DNA of 64,000 nt from an uncultured Veillonellaceae bacterium (GTDB lineage: Bacteria > Bacillota > Negativicutes > JARBTT01). Shown here one piece after another: positions 51,817 through 61,871 of the stretch. Both the position numbers and the translations under genes were made by a program. The notes below the pieces were generated by a model, which worked only from the letters and a program-made list of their open reading frames with translations, ran no database searches and had not been told where the DNA came from. The DNA lies in the NCBI GenBank assembly GCA_963805085.1, contig CAWDTA010000002.1, forward strand, positions 352,001-416,000, read 5' to 3'. Every line of letters starts with the position of its first letter. The first letter of the stretch is position 1.

Positions 51817-52376
51817 TCAGTCGTAGTCTCCTCTACTATATCGGCATCCAAAGCATCCAATGCATGAGCAAATTCAGCTTCTGTAACGCCATAATTATTT
51901 AATCTCGTTAAAAATGTTTTGGCATTGGCATAACCAACCCCAAGGACTGCCCCAATTTTCGCTCGTCTTTCCGATGCATTTACAAAACCACTTAATCCTG
52001 CAGCAATCAAATCCGTCGCAGTAAATGTTTGCGTTGGCGTCCATTCCAAGTAACGAACTTTCTCTAGAGCCCTCTGAATCGCTTCTGGTGAAGCTTGCTC
52101 GATACCAACATCATTATTGGCTGTAGCATCTTCTTTAGGTACAAAAGCGTGTTTAGCATTTGGGAAACGTTCGCTTAAGAATTTACGAATACGTTCTCCC
52201 GCCCCATCTGGATCAGTCATAATGATTATACCACGCTTTTCATAGGCTTGACGAATATTCTCAATCATATACGGTTTTAGACTAAATCCACCAGTTATAA
52301 TACAATCCGCTTCTACGGCCTTCTTGATCGCAATCACGTCTTGCTTTCCCTCTACTACAAGAACTTCTTTTATCAT
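51813..52376 (-). CDS. rnmV: Ribonuclease M5
   Basis: TOPRIM VVEGKQD, TDPDGAGERIR, GIEQAS. Confidence 0.93.
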   Translation of the reverse strand: MIKEVLVVEGKQDVIAIKKAVEADCIITGGFSLKPYMIENIRQAYEKRGIIIMTDPDGAGERIRKFLSERFPNAKHAFVPKEDATANNDVGIEQASPEAIQRALEKVRYLEWTPTQTFTATDLIAAGLSGFVNASERRAKIGAVLGVGYANAKTFLTRLNNYGVTEAEFAHALDALDADIVEETTTE

Positions 52377-52493
52377 TTTAAAACCCACTTTATCTCTGAA
52401 ATAGTTATAAATATCATTTTAACACGGAAAGGCAACCTTTGCAGTATAAACGAAGAGCTGTCGCAAAATTCTTTTGCAACAGCCCCAATGAAG

Positions 52494-53468
52494 TTATTCT
52501 AATATATAAACTTTAACCGTACGTCGTCCAAAACTCATAGCCTCACCATAATCTTCTACGCATAGATCGATGATATTACCGTTTATGGCGCCACCAGTAT
52601 CGGCAGCAACCGCCATGCCATAGCCTGGAATATATAATCTCGTGCCCAAAGGAATTACATTTGGATCTACTGCAACTACACCATGTCTGGCAGTCATCCC
52701 CGTTGCAGTAATGCCATTGCCATTACCGTCAGTTGGCAAGTAAGCTGTTGCTTCCATGTAAGCAGCACGTCTAAATCTCATTGCGCCACGAGAAGTTTCT
52801 ACGGTGTTACGAGCACCTACTTTGATCACTTCTGGTTTTGCTGGTTTTATAATTTTTTCACTGAGAACTTCTTCCTTTACCTTTACGCCATCGTCATAAT
52901 TGACCTTTACCGTTGTCAATTTTGTGCCATTTTCTCCCTGTTGCACGACTTCCTCGTTACCTTGCTCCATCGTAGTATCTGGCTGACGAATCACTTGATA
53001 TTGTTCTTCTTCTTCACGTTCAATATTTTTTTCAGCTATCGATACGACCTTTATATTAACATCTGCTGTAATTTTCGTTTCCGGACTTGGTTCGACTCTA
53101 ATCGCCTCACCTGTAATATTCAATTCTTCGAGAAGTTCTCCTACTGTTGGTTTCCCCGTAAGCATTTGATTGCTTGTACCTTTGTAAGTAACGGTGATAG
53201 GAACAGCTCGATAAACAGTAATAATGGTATTATCTTTCACACTCTTTGTTGATAAACGGTACTCATCTTGCGCTTCTAATTTAACGCCTGCTTGCTCAAT
53301 AATTTGTATAGGGTTACTCTTCAATGTACTTACTGTCATCATTTTGCCATCAGCTACAACTTGGACGCTTTTTTGCCCCCAAACAAAGCCCGATACTAAA
53401 GCCATCGTTAGTATCAAAATAGAAATCATTATGGTTTTTTTGTTGAAAATTTTTGCTTTTCTACTCAT
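52494..53468 (-). CDS. yabE: YabE-like cell wall protein (DUF348 x2, G5, 3D)
   Basis: N-terminal TM, G5 domain, 3D motif AVDPNVIPLGT...DTGGAI.GN.IDL. Confidence 0.85.
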   Translation of the reverse strand: MSRKAKIFNKKTIMISILILTMALVSGFVWGQKSVQVVADGKMMTVSTLKSNPIQIIEQAGVKLEAQDEYRLSTKSVKDNTIITVYRAVPITVTYKGTSNQMLTGKPTVGELLEELNITGEAIRVEPSPETKITADVNIKVVSIAEKNIEREEEEQYQVIRQPDTTMEQGNEEVVQQGENGTKLTTVKVNYDDGVKVKEEVLSEKIIKPAKPEVIKVGARNTVETSRGAMRFRRAAYMEATAYLPTDGNGNGITATGMTARHGVVAVDPNVIPLGTRLYIPGYGMAVAADTGGAINGNIIDLCVEDYGEAMSFGRRTVKVYILE

Positions 53469-53628
53469 TAAATTCCCCCTTTAAAAGAACTTGTGCATTA
53501 TAACATGTAAATATTTCTTTGTCAAATATTACTTGTATTTTTATCCAAAAAAAATATTTCCTTCATTGCTATAATTTATGCATAAGTCATTAAATTAGCA
53601 TTGAAATTTATTCAACACTTTACATACT

Positions 53629-53658
53629 AATCATATGCAGTCTCTGGGAAATTTATGC
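53629..53658 (-). promoter_or_regulatory. SigE-like promoter upstream of yabE
   Basis: Minus strand reads GCATAAA-N14-CATATGATT. Confidence 0.45.
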
Positions 53659-53725
53659 ATAAAAATACCTAAAAAAAGAAGCTCGCACAATTTTATAAAA
53701 CCGTGCGGGCTTCTTTCCTTATTTT

Positions 53726-54493
53726 CTATAACTTTATGGCAAACAAATCACATACATTTTGTGTAGTCGCTTTCGCAAATGTTTCAAACTCAAGATTACG
53801 TAAAGCAGCAACATGTTCGGCTACATATCTGACATAGCCAGGTTCGTTGCGTTTTCCCCTGAACGGCACTGGTGTTAAATACGGACTATCCGTTTCAATC
53901 AGTAACCGTTCAAGAGGAATATTGGTCATGATTTCTGGTAGTTTAGCCGCATTCTTAAAGGTAACCGGGCCATCTACTCCCAGATACCAGCCCATTTTGA
54001 TCAGCTCTTTTGCCATTTCCATACTACCAGCAAAACAATGTACGACACCAACGATTCCTTTGCCTTCACTTTTTAGTATTGCCATCGTATCACCATGGGC
54101 ATCACGATCGTGAATACTAACCGGCATATGCATTTGCCGAGCAACATCAAGTTGCCGAATAAACACTTCTTTTTGCAGCTGGCGTGGAGAAAGATCATAG
54201 TAATAATCCAGTCCAATCTCCCCAATACCTACCACCCTAGGATGCCGCGTCCACTGGGCAATCTGATCATAATCTGCTTCTAGCACTTTTTCCGCCTCAT
54301 GCGGATGTACGCCAACCACTGCATAAATTTCTTTATGGTCCTCGGCGAGCTTGATTGAGCGCAGGGAAGATTGCATATCAGCACCAACGTTGATAAAATG
54401 CCCCACACCATTTTCTTTCGCCCTAGTAATCACCGCTAAACGGTCATCATCAAATTTTTCATCATCGATATGTGCATGAGAATCAAATAACAT
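53726..54493 (-). CDS. tatD: TatD-family nuclease (YabD)
   Basis: DSHAH, GVHPH, GEIGLDY, HDRDAH, HCF, ETDSPY. Confidence 0.93.
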   Translation of the reverse strand: MLFDSHAHIDDEKFDDDRLAVITRAKENGVGHFINVGADMQSSLRSIKLAEDHKEIYAVVGVHPHEAEKVLEADYDQIAQWTRHPRVVGIGEIGLDYYYDLSPRQLQKEVFIRQLDVARQMHMPVSIHDRDAHGDTMAILKSEGKGIVGVVHCFAGSMEMAKELIKMGWYLGVDGPVTFKNAAKLPEIMTNIPLERLLIETDSPYLTPVPFRGKRNEPGYVRYVAEHVAALRNLEFETFAKATTQNVCDLFAIKL

Positions 54494-54495
54494 TT

Positions 54496-56439
54496 TTATT
54501 TCACCTTACTACTTACTGGCATATCTATTTCTACTACTTTAAGGGCTTCATCAATGGATGCCGCTAGTACCATTCCGTGCGACACGACACCACGAATTTT
54601 TGCAGGTTTTAAATTCACAACCATGACAACATTTTTACCAACCAAAGCTTCTGGTTCATAATGTTTGGCGATACCTGAAATAATCGTTCGCTGCTCCGTT
54701 CCCAAATCAACGGTCAACATAAGAAGCTTATCCGCTTTTTTCACTTTTTCCGCGGCTAAAACTTTTACTACACGCAAATCCATCTTGGCAAACTCATCAA
54801 TTGTAATTTCACTGGGCCCAGCTTCTTCTGCCGAGGCTATCGGAGCCTTTACCGTCTCTACTTTTTTCTCCGCTTTGGCAGCGTTTTGAGCGTCGACTTC
54901 TTTTTCTTCCTCGATACGCGGGAAAATTTGTTCTGGTTTGTTCACTTTTGTCCCAATTGGAGTTTGTCCCCATGTTTTTATGTCAACTAATTGTACACTA
55001 GCAAAGTCTTTTTCAATACCCAATTGCATCCATATTTTCGGTGCAGTATTTGGCATAAATGGGGAAATTAAAATACTAATCACCCGCAAACTTTCTACTA
55101 AATTATACATCACAGTATCCAAACGTACTTTTTTCGCTGGATCTTTCGCCAAAGCCCAAGGTGCTGTTTCATCAATATATTTATTGGTACGACTGATAAA
55201 TGCCCAAACCAATTTGATCGTCGGACTAATGTCCATCTTATCCATTAAGTGTTCATACTCAGCTACTGTTTTATTGCAAAGATCAATCAACGAAACATCC
55301 ACTTCATCCGCTTCATTCGGCGCTGACAATACTCCGCCGTTAAATTTTTCAACCATACTTAAAGTACGGTGAAGTAAATTACCAAGGTCATTGGCAAGAT
55401 CGGAATTGATCCGTTGGATCAGCGCATCACGCGAGAAATTACCATCCATACCAAGATTAATTTCACGAAGCAAGAAGTAACGAATCGTATCTGCGCCAAA
55501 TTCTTCAATTAACCCCACTGGGTCAACAACATTGCCTTTCGACTTCGACATTTTATCGCCTTCTACAATTAACCAGCCATGTCCATAAACCTTTTTCGGC
55601 AATTCTAAACCAAGCGCCATTAAAAGGATCGGCCAAATAATCGAATGGAAACGAACAATTTCTTTGCCCACTAGGTGAACATCCGCTGGCCAATACTTTG
55701 CAAACTTCGCATCATCCGACAGATACCCTGCTGCTGTTATGTAGTTTGTTAAAGCATCAAACCATACATAGATTACATGTTTATCATCAATCGGTACTGG
55801 AATCCCCCAATCAAACGTTGTTCTAGAAATACACAGGTCTTCTAGACCACCTTTAATGAAATTAATCATTTCATTGCGGCGTGATACCGGTTGAATAAAC
55901 TCAGGATTCTCATTAATAAAAGTGAGTAAACGCTCTTGGTATTTTGACATGCGGAAGAAATAACTCTCTTCTTGCACAGCTTCTACTGGGCGACCACAAT
56001 CTGGACATTTTCCATCAACCAATTGACGTTCTAACCAGAATGTTTCACAAGGCGTACAATAAAGACCTTCATAATTGCTCTTATAAATATCGCCTTGTTC
56101 ATAGATCTTTTTAAAGATCGCTTGTACTACTTTATGATGTCTTTCTTCGGTAGTCCGAATAAAATCATCATTTGAAATGTTTAGACGTTCCCATAAATCC
56201 TGAAAGCCTGCCACAATTTTATCTACATATTGCAGTGGCGTAACCCCCTGCTCTGTAGCTTTACGTTGAATTTTTTGACCATGTTCATCAGAACCAGTTA
56301 AAAATAATACATCATAACCTGCGAGCCTCCTGTAACGTGCCACTGAATCAGCAATTGTCGTGCAATATGCATGTCCAATATGCAACTTATCACTAGGATA
56401 ATAAATTGGCGTTGTTATATAGAATGATTTTTTTTCCAC
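54496..56439 (-). CDS. metG: Methionyl-tRNA synthetase with C-terminal tRNA-binding OB domain
   Basis: HIGH, KMSKS, YVWFDAL, Zn knuckle CTPC...CPDC. Confidence 0.97.
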   Translation of the reverse strand: MEKKSFYITTPIYYPSDKLHIGHAYCTTIADSVARYRRLAGYDVLFLTGSDEHGQKIQRKATEQGVTPLQYVDKIVAGFQDLWERLNISNDDFIRTTEERHHKVVQAIFKKIYEQGDIYKSNYEGLYCTPCETFWLERQLVDGKCPDCGRPVEAVQEESYFFRMSKYQERLLTFINENPEFIQPVSRRNEMINFIKGGLEDLCISRTTFDWGIPVPIDDKHVIYVWFDALTNYITAAGYLSDDAKFAKYWPADVHLVGKEIVRFHSIIWPILLMALGLELPKKVYGHGWLIVEGDKMSKSKGNVVDPVGLIEEFGADTIRYFLLREINLGMDGNFSRDALIQRINSDLANDLGNLLHRTLSMVEKFNGGVLSAPNEADEVDVSLIDLCNKTVAEYEHLMDKMDISPTIKLVWAFISRTNKYIDETAPWALAKDPAKKVRLDTVMYNLVESLRVISILISPFMPNTAPKIWMQLGIEKDFASVQLVDIKTWGQTPIGTKVNKPEQIFPRIEEEKEVDAQNAAKAEKKVETVKAPIASAEEAGPSEITIDEFAKMDLRVVKVLAAEKVKKADKLLMLTVDLGTEQRTIISGIAKHYEPEALVGKNVVMVVNLKPAKIRGVVSHGMVLAASIDEALKVVEIDMPVSSKVK

Positions 56440-56764
56440 TAAAAATAAACCCCTTTCAAATGAAACATTGATAAACTAAAAATAATTGAAACATTTACTA
56501 CATAGAAAGCAATGTTGATCTACGTATCAAATGGCGCAATACGCCTCATATCTTTTTATATTATCACCAAAATTCCTTCACAGCAACAATCATAAAAAAT
56601 TTGAAAATTTTATTAAAAATTCATAATAAATTCATAATAAATTGTTATAATTCTTTTAACGAAAACATTCGACATGTTTCTACATTTTGTGCTATAATGT
56701 ACTAAGAAATTTACATTTTTTTGTGTAAAACGAAAAAAGTCTGACTTTTATGGAATTTTTAGGG

Positions 56765-56826
56765 TTGACACCAATTGCAATATCTGGTATTATTTAGTTA
56801 GACGAATTTTGTCGAACATTGTTGAA
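56765..56826 (+). promoter_or_regulatory. abrB promoter with downstream Spo0A boxes
   Basis: TTGACA-N17-TATTAT followed by TGTCGAA (56810-56816) and TGTTGAA (56820-56826), the classic abrB arrangement; TTCGACA also at ~56668. Confidence 0.8.
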
Positions 56827-56850
56827 AAGAATTATAAGGGAGAGATTACT

Positions 56851-57108
56851 ATGAAATCAACTGGTATCGTACGTAAAGTAGACGAATTAGGTAGAGTAGT
56901 TATTCCAATCGAATTGCGCCGCACCCTTTCTATTGAAGAAAAAGATGCTTTAGAAATTTATGTAGACCAAGACCGCATCGTTCTTCGCAAATATGAACCT
57001 TCTTGCGCTTGTGTATTCTGTGGTAACGCTGATAACGTTACAAAATACAAAGGCAAAAATGTTTGTTCTGAATGTGCTACAGCTCTACAACAACCATCTG
57101 AAAACTAA
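56851..57108 (+). CDS. abrB: Transition-state regulator AbrB with C-terminal Cys cluster
   Basis: MKSTGIVRKVDELGRVVIPIELRR; C-terminal CVFCG...VCSEC. Confidence 0.93.
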   Translation: MKSTGIVRKVDELGRVVIPIELRRTLSIEEKDALEIYVDQDRIVLRKYEPSCACVFCGNADNVTKYKGKNVCSECATALQQPSEN

Positions 57109-57120
57109 TTTATCTTACAT

Positions 57121-57168
57121 AAAAAGTATCATAAGCTAGGCAACTGCCTGCTTATGGTACTTTTTTTT
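57121..57168. terminator. Bidirectional terminator between abrB and rsmI
   Basis: AAAAAGTATCATAAGC...GCTTATGGTACTTTTT. Confidence 0.7.
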
Positions 57169-58024
57169 CTGCTTCTAATACAGCTTGATAAACCTCGCGT
57201 TTTGCTAAGCCGAGGGTTAATGCAGCTTGCTTGATTGCTGTTTTTTTATCGATTCCTTGCTCTAGCAAATCCAAAACCACCTCATATGGTGAACGCTGCT
57301 CCGCTAACTCTGCTGCTTTGTCAACGTCAATACTACGATCATATCCTTCAATAATTAGACAAAATTCCCCGCGTGGCTGCTGCACCTGAAAATGCTCTTT
57401 TAAACCAGCTAAGGAATCACGAATAAATTCTTCAAATTTTTTCGTCAGTTCTCGGGCAGCAACCGCCCTGCGATTGCCGAAAACATCTAATAACTCTGTT
57501 AGTGTTGCCTTTAAACGATGTGGTGATTCGTAAAATAATAAGGTTGTTTGATTGTTTACCAAGTCTGTTAATACCTCACGACGTTTTTTTGTCGTTTTGG
57601 GCAAAAATCCCACGAAGGTAAACTTTGTCGTATCCAGCCCCGAACAAATAAGTCCCGATAACGCCGCATTTGCCCCAGGTAGTGGAGTAACGGTAATGCC
57701 AGCTTTGATCGCGATTTCTACCAAATGACTTCCAGGATCAGCAATACCAGGAAGTCCAGCATCACTCACCACCACTAAATTTCTACCTGAGAGTAGCATT
57801 TCAATGAGCTCCGGTCCTTTTTCAAACTTATTATGCTCATGATAGCTAGTCAAGGGTGTATGAATATCAAAATGTGTCAATAATTTTCGAGTGTGCCTGG
57901 TATCCTCGGCCGCGATCAAATCAACTTCGCCCAGAATTCTTACGGCACGAAAGGTCATGTCTTCTAAATTGCCAATCGGCGTGGCACATAAATACAAGGT
58001 ACCGAACGTTGTTATCGTTTCCAT
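57152..58024 (-). CDS. rsmI: 16S rRNA C1402 2'-O-methyltransferase
   Basis: ATPIGNLEDMT, AAEDTR, SDAGLPGIADPG, YESPHR, RELTK. Confidence 0.96.
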   Translation of the reverse strand: METITTFGTLYLCATPIGNLEDMTFRAVRILGEVDLIAAEDTRHTRKLLTHFDIHTPLTSYHEHNKFEKGPELIEMLLSGRNLVVVSDAGLPGIADPGSHLVEIAIKAGITVTPLPGANAALSGLICSGLDTTKFTFVGFLPKTTKKRREVLTDLVNNQTTLLFYESPHRLKATLTELLDVFGNRRAVAARELTKKFEEFIRDSLAGLKEHFQVQQPRGEFCLIIEGYDRSIDVDKAAELAEQRSPYEVVLDLLEQGIDKKTAIKQAALTLGLAKREVYQAVLEAEKKVP

Positions 58025-58107
58025 AAAATGCTCCTTTATGATTGTATAAATTTAAAATTTAGTAAGGGCTGCGAACAAAATAATATTTGCCGCAGCCCTT
58101 TTCACAT

Positions 58108-58863
58108 CTACTTTTGATAATATGTTAATATTTCATCGTGATACGTTCCATCCTGCTTATAGATAATCAGCGGTTTATCCACGATCATCCCCGGTTTTGC
58201 CCCAAAGACGCCTTCAATAAGAACCATCGTCGGTTTTTTCTCTGCAGTTCCCTGTACCATACGCAGCCGTTTTGGTTCGAGATCCACTTCTTTCATTGCC
58301 GTGATGATTTCTGCTAACCGCTCTGGCAAATGCACCATCGCAAATCTTCCCCGAAATTTAAGTAAATGCCGTGCTGCCCCCACCACATCGTATAACGTTG
58401 CCAAAATTTCATGACGTGCGATAGCAATGTCATCATTGGGATTTATTTTACCCTTTTCTACCGAGCGATAGGGCGGATTACTTACCACTAAGTCAAAGCA
58501 GCCAGCCACACTTTTCGTTTTGATTTCCCGTAAATCCATTGCTTTTATCGTAACGATATCTTCCAACTCATTAAAGGCAACACTGCGACTCGCCATATCT
58601 GCCATTCGCGGATTGATTTCAAAGCCTTCCACTTTGCTCGCCCCACGTGCTGCCATCAACATTGCGATCACACCAGTTCCTGTACCAAGATCAGCAACTT
58701 TAGCTTTTACTTTTAAGGTAGCAAAGTAAGCCAATAAGACCGCATCCGTTGAAAATCTAAATTGCTCATCATGCTGAATAATTTTCATCTGATCAATCAG
58801 CAAATCATCCAAGCGTTCTCCCTCTTGAAGTACCGCGCTATTGTTCGTCTTTTTCAACTGCAT
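58108..58863 (-). CDS. tRNA1(Val) A37 N6-methyltransferase (YabB/TrmN6 family)
   Basis: FSTDAVLL, DLGTGTG, SNPPY, IARHE; start codon uncertain (58863 or 58896). Confidence 0.9.
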   Translation of the reverse strand: MQLKKTNNSAVLQEGERLDDLLIDQMKIIQHDEQFRFSTDAVLLAYFATLKVKAKVADLGTGTGVIAMLMAARGASKVEGFEINPRMADMASRSVAFNELEDIVTIKAMDLREIKTKSVAGCFDLVVSNPPYRSVEKGKINPNDDIAIARHEILATLYDVVGAARHLLKFRGRFAMVHLPERLAEIITAMKEVDLEPKRLRMVQGTAEKKPTMVLIEGVFGAKPGMIVDKPLIIYKQDGTYHDEILTYYQK

Positions 58864-59659
58864 CTTCCCAAGCGACAACGATTGTTTTATTGTCATCTAA
58901 TAATATCGTTGCGCTCTTGCGTTGCCCGTTAATGGAGATTACCTTGCCCTCCCCATCAACCGTAACGACACGAGAACCTTGTTTTGGTGCCACAATTTTT
59001 TTATTCGAACAATTGCCACAATAGCAATCATTTTCATATTTTAAACAACACATCAACCGACCACAAATGCCCGAAATTTTCGTTGGATTCAAGGATAAGT
59101 TTTGTTCTTTCGCCATACGAATGGATACTGGTTCAAAATCTCCAAGAAAGGTCGAGCAACAAAGTGATCGTCCGCAACAACCAACCCCGCCCATCAATTT
59201 TGCTTCATCGCGCACACCAATTTGACGAAGTTCAATTCTGGTTCTAAATACAGCTGCTAAATCCTTGACCAAATCTCTAAAGTCAATTCTACCTTCTGCA
59301 GTAAAGTAGAAAATAATCTTATTGACATCAAAGGTATATTCTACATCGATTAACTTCATCGGCAAGCCGTGCGTAGCAATTTTCTTTTCACAGACTCGGA
59401 AACTTTCTTTCTCTTTAGATCGATTTTCCTCGACTTTTTCCAAATCAGCTTTAGTCGCTTTACGCTGTACAATCTTTAGTGGTAAAACAATCTCCTCGTC
59501 TTTCACTTTCCTAGGACCGATAACGATTTGTCCATATTCCACGCCTCGCGCAGTTTCTACAATAACATCGTCAAATTCAGCAATTGTTAACTCGCCTGGA
59601 TCAAAATAATATATTTTACCCGCTTTTTTAAAGCGTACTCCTACTACTGTTTGCAACAC
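58838..59659 (-). CDS. yaaT: PSP1-domain protein YaaT/RicT
   Basis: GVRFKKAGKIYYF, RIELRQIGVRDEA, CCGRSLCC, KISGICGRLMCCL. Confidence 0.94.
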   Translation of the reverse strand: MLQTVVGVRFKKAGKIYYFDPGELTIAEFDDVIVETARGVEYGQIVIGPRKVKDEEIVLPLKIVQRKATKADLEKVEENRSKEKESFRVCEKKIATHGLPMKLIDVEYTFDVNKIIFYFTAEGRIDFRDLVKDLAAVFRTRIELRQIGVRDEAKLMGGVGCCGRSLCCSTFLGDFEPVSIRMAKEQNLSLNPTKISGICGRLMCCLKYENDCYCGNCSNKKIVAPKQGSRVVTVDGEGKVISINGQRKSATILLDDNKTIVVAWEDAVEKDEQ

Positions 59660-59668
59660 ATAGCCTCC

Positions 59669-60646
59669 CTATAAATCCCGTAATTTTATTAATAATTGTT
59701 CCACTGCCAATTTAGCATTTACATTTGCCTTGAGCATCTGCTCTGTATTCGCTACTTCACCGATCGCTAGCAATAGTCTGCGAACCGACCAATGCTCCAT
59801 TTCTAGGCCAAGCACAGCGACAACATCAATATTATAAATCAATTTGCTGTTCTCATCGCTATGCATCACTAGTATATCGCGAAATAGCAGGTTTAAATCA
59901 AGCAATACTTCAAAAATTTTTGTTCGATCAAGCTCGCTTAGTTCACTACTTTCACGCCAAATCACATCCATATCAGGATTGACAAGCTGCTCTAATACAC
60001 GCAATGCCCGATTGCGCATTTGCAAACCATCTTCTTCAAGTAAACGCAGTGCTTTACCAAAGCTTCCTTCGGCAAGCCTAGCAATTACATTTGCCACCGC
60101 AGGCTCAATTTCTCTTTCTACCAATGCTTCGGCTAATACTTCTTGAGCAATCGGTTGAAAATCAATCACCATACACCGCGATAAAATTGTATCCAAAAGC
60201 TTTTGTCTACTCGCGGCAATTAAAATAAAAACAACATTGCCAGTTGGCTCTTCTAACGTTTTTAAGAGACTATTGGCGGATTGCGCGGTCATGCAGTCCG
60301 CTTTATCAATAATAACCACTCGCTGATTCGCCATATAGGGGGCAAGCGCAATATTACTTTGCAGAGTTCTTACTTGTTCTATCTTAATCGTCTGTCCATC
60401 TGGCTCTAACACAAATAAATCTGGATGATTTTTAACACTAAGCTGCCCACATGACTTGCATTGACCACAAGGTTTTTGCTCACCCTCACAAAAAAGTGCC
60501 GCAGCAATTATCGTCGCCGAGAGGAATTTGCCTATTCCCTCTGGACCAACAAATAAAAGCGCATGCGGCATCGTCTCCTCGGCAAGTAATGTTTGCAGAT
60601 GCGTAATGGTTTGACTATTTCCAATTATATTTTGCCAATTCATCAC
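59669..60646 (-). CDS. holB: DNA polymerase III delta' subunit
   Basis: HALLFVGPEGIGK, PCGQCKSC, NHPD, ANSLLKTLEEP, TILSRC. Confidence 0.95.
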   Translation of the reverse strand: MMNWQNIIGNSQTITHLQTLLAEETMPHALLFVGPEGIGKFLSATIIAAALFCEGEQKPCGQCKSCGQLSVKNHPDLFVLEPDGQTIKIEQVRTLQSNIALAPYMANQRVVIIDKADCMTAQSANSLLKTLEEPTGNVVFILIAASRQKLLDTILSRCMVIDFQPIAQEVLAEALVEREIEPAVANVIARLAEGSFGKALRLLEEDGLQMRNRALRVLEQLVNPDMDVIWRESSELSELDRTKIFEVLLDLNLLFRDILVMHSDENSKLIYNIDVVAVLGLEMEHWSVRRLLLAIGEVANTEQMLKANVNAKLAVEQLLIKLRDL

Positions 60647-61089
60647 ATATACAAATCCACAAGCATGCCACGAATCGCATCTTGTTTCGCAACAATATTT
60701 AATTTAGTAGCCTGCCCTAGCCTAATATCTTCTGCCATATCAGATAAGTTTTTGTCGACATTTTTCACTGTCGTATATACCTTTTGTCTCCCTTGCCTAT
60801 CCCAGCCTGATTTTGTCTGCATCGTATACATCCTCGAAACAGCTTCACCAATAAAAGACTTTACCAATTCACGGTAATTCTTCAATTCTGAATAGGTAGG
60901 GGTTTCAGTCAATTTTGCCCCTTGCTCATCAATTTTGTCTAGCAGATCATTTAAATGTTCTGTAGAAAATTCATCTTGATTTCGCTTAAGTTCCGTTGAA
61001 AATTGATCATCCTTTTTGCCAACGGTCGTGTTATTGTCATGTTCACTAATTAAAAATGAACTACGTGGACTCATATTGCTAATTTTCAT
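60643..61089 (-). CDS. yaaR: YaaR (DUF327) family protein
   Basis: IDEQG.KL...YRELVKSF...IRGMLVDLY; position upstream of holB. Confidence 0.85.
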   Translation of the reverse strand: MKISNMSPRSSFLISEHDNNTTVGKKDDQFSTELKRNQDEFSTEHLNDLLDKIDEQGAKLTETPTYSELKNYRELVKSFIGEAVSRMYTMQTKSGWDRQGRQKVYTTVKNVDKNLSDMAEDIRLGQATKLNIVAKQDAIRGMLVDLYM

Positions 61090-61272
61090 AGTCAGCAACC
61101 TTTCCGAAAAATCATTTAAAAAGTAAGTAATCTATTACATCAATCGTCTAAGTACCAAATTCATTTGACCTTTAAATAGTATATATACCTAGTTTAAATT
61201 ATAATTGTTTTCCTAAAAATAAGCAATAAAACAAAAGAGCCAGATGCAAATTTTTACACCTAGCTCTTTTGT

Positions 61273-61866
61273 TTAACACAAAACTTCTTTAGCAATCATT
61301 ATTTTTATTTCTTTCAGGCAATTGGCTAAATTTTCATTATGATAAAAAGTTTGAATATCCGCCGCTTTTAATTTAGACAAACTAAAATCTTGATTATCCG
61401 CTAAGAACCTTCTACATAACTCATCGTAGTTTGGATGAACTTGACGATGCTCTCTACGCATCGCACGTTCTAAACGAATGCCATCCTTAACCTGGATATA
61501 AATTGGCACAACAAACGCTTTGCCATAATAGTTCTGCAATTGTTGGTAGGCTTCTAACGTTGTGATAATGAGATAGGTATGCTTAGATAAATCAATTGTA
61601 CCATCATCTATGGTACAATATGTCCAAATACCTTTTACCGTATGATATTGACGTCGTTCTATCACTTTACCTTGCTTAGCATACTGCTCTATCGTTTTGA
61701 TATCGGTAAAATGATATTCTCTGCCCTGTTTTTCATGCTTGCGAATTGGACGCGTCGTATAAAGAATAATTGGCTGTAACTGCAATACTTCTTGGTTTAA
61801 CAATTTTCTAAATATCGTATCTTTACCCGAGCTACTTTTCCCCATAAGGCAAAATATCTTACCCAT
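61273..61866 (-). CDS. Guanylate-kinase-like nucleoside monophosphate kinase
   Basis: P-loop GKSSSGKDT, YTTRPIRKHEKQGREYHF (gmk signature). Confidence 0.8.
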   Translation of the reverse strand: MGKIFCLMGKSSSGKDTIFRKLLNQEVLQLQPIILYTTRPIRKHEKQGREYHFTDIKTIEQYAKQGKVIERRQYHTVKGIWTYCTIDDGTIDLSKHTYLIITTLEAYQQLQNYYGKAFVVPIYIQVKDGIRLERAMRREHRQVHPNYDELCRRFLADNQDFSLSKLKAADIQTFYHNENLANCLKEIKIMIAKEVLC

Positions 61867-61871
61867 TTATA

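Noticed and set aside
56440-56620. T-box or SAM riboswitch upstream of metG
   Set aside because: No GGTGGNACC T-box or SAM-I core is visible, and there is no leader terminator.
56809-56850. Extended AbrB N-terminus from TTG
   Set aside because: The canonical MKSTG start at 56851 has an RBS, and the upstream segment holds the Spo0A boxes.
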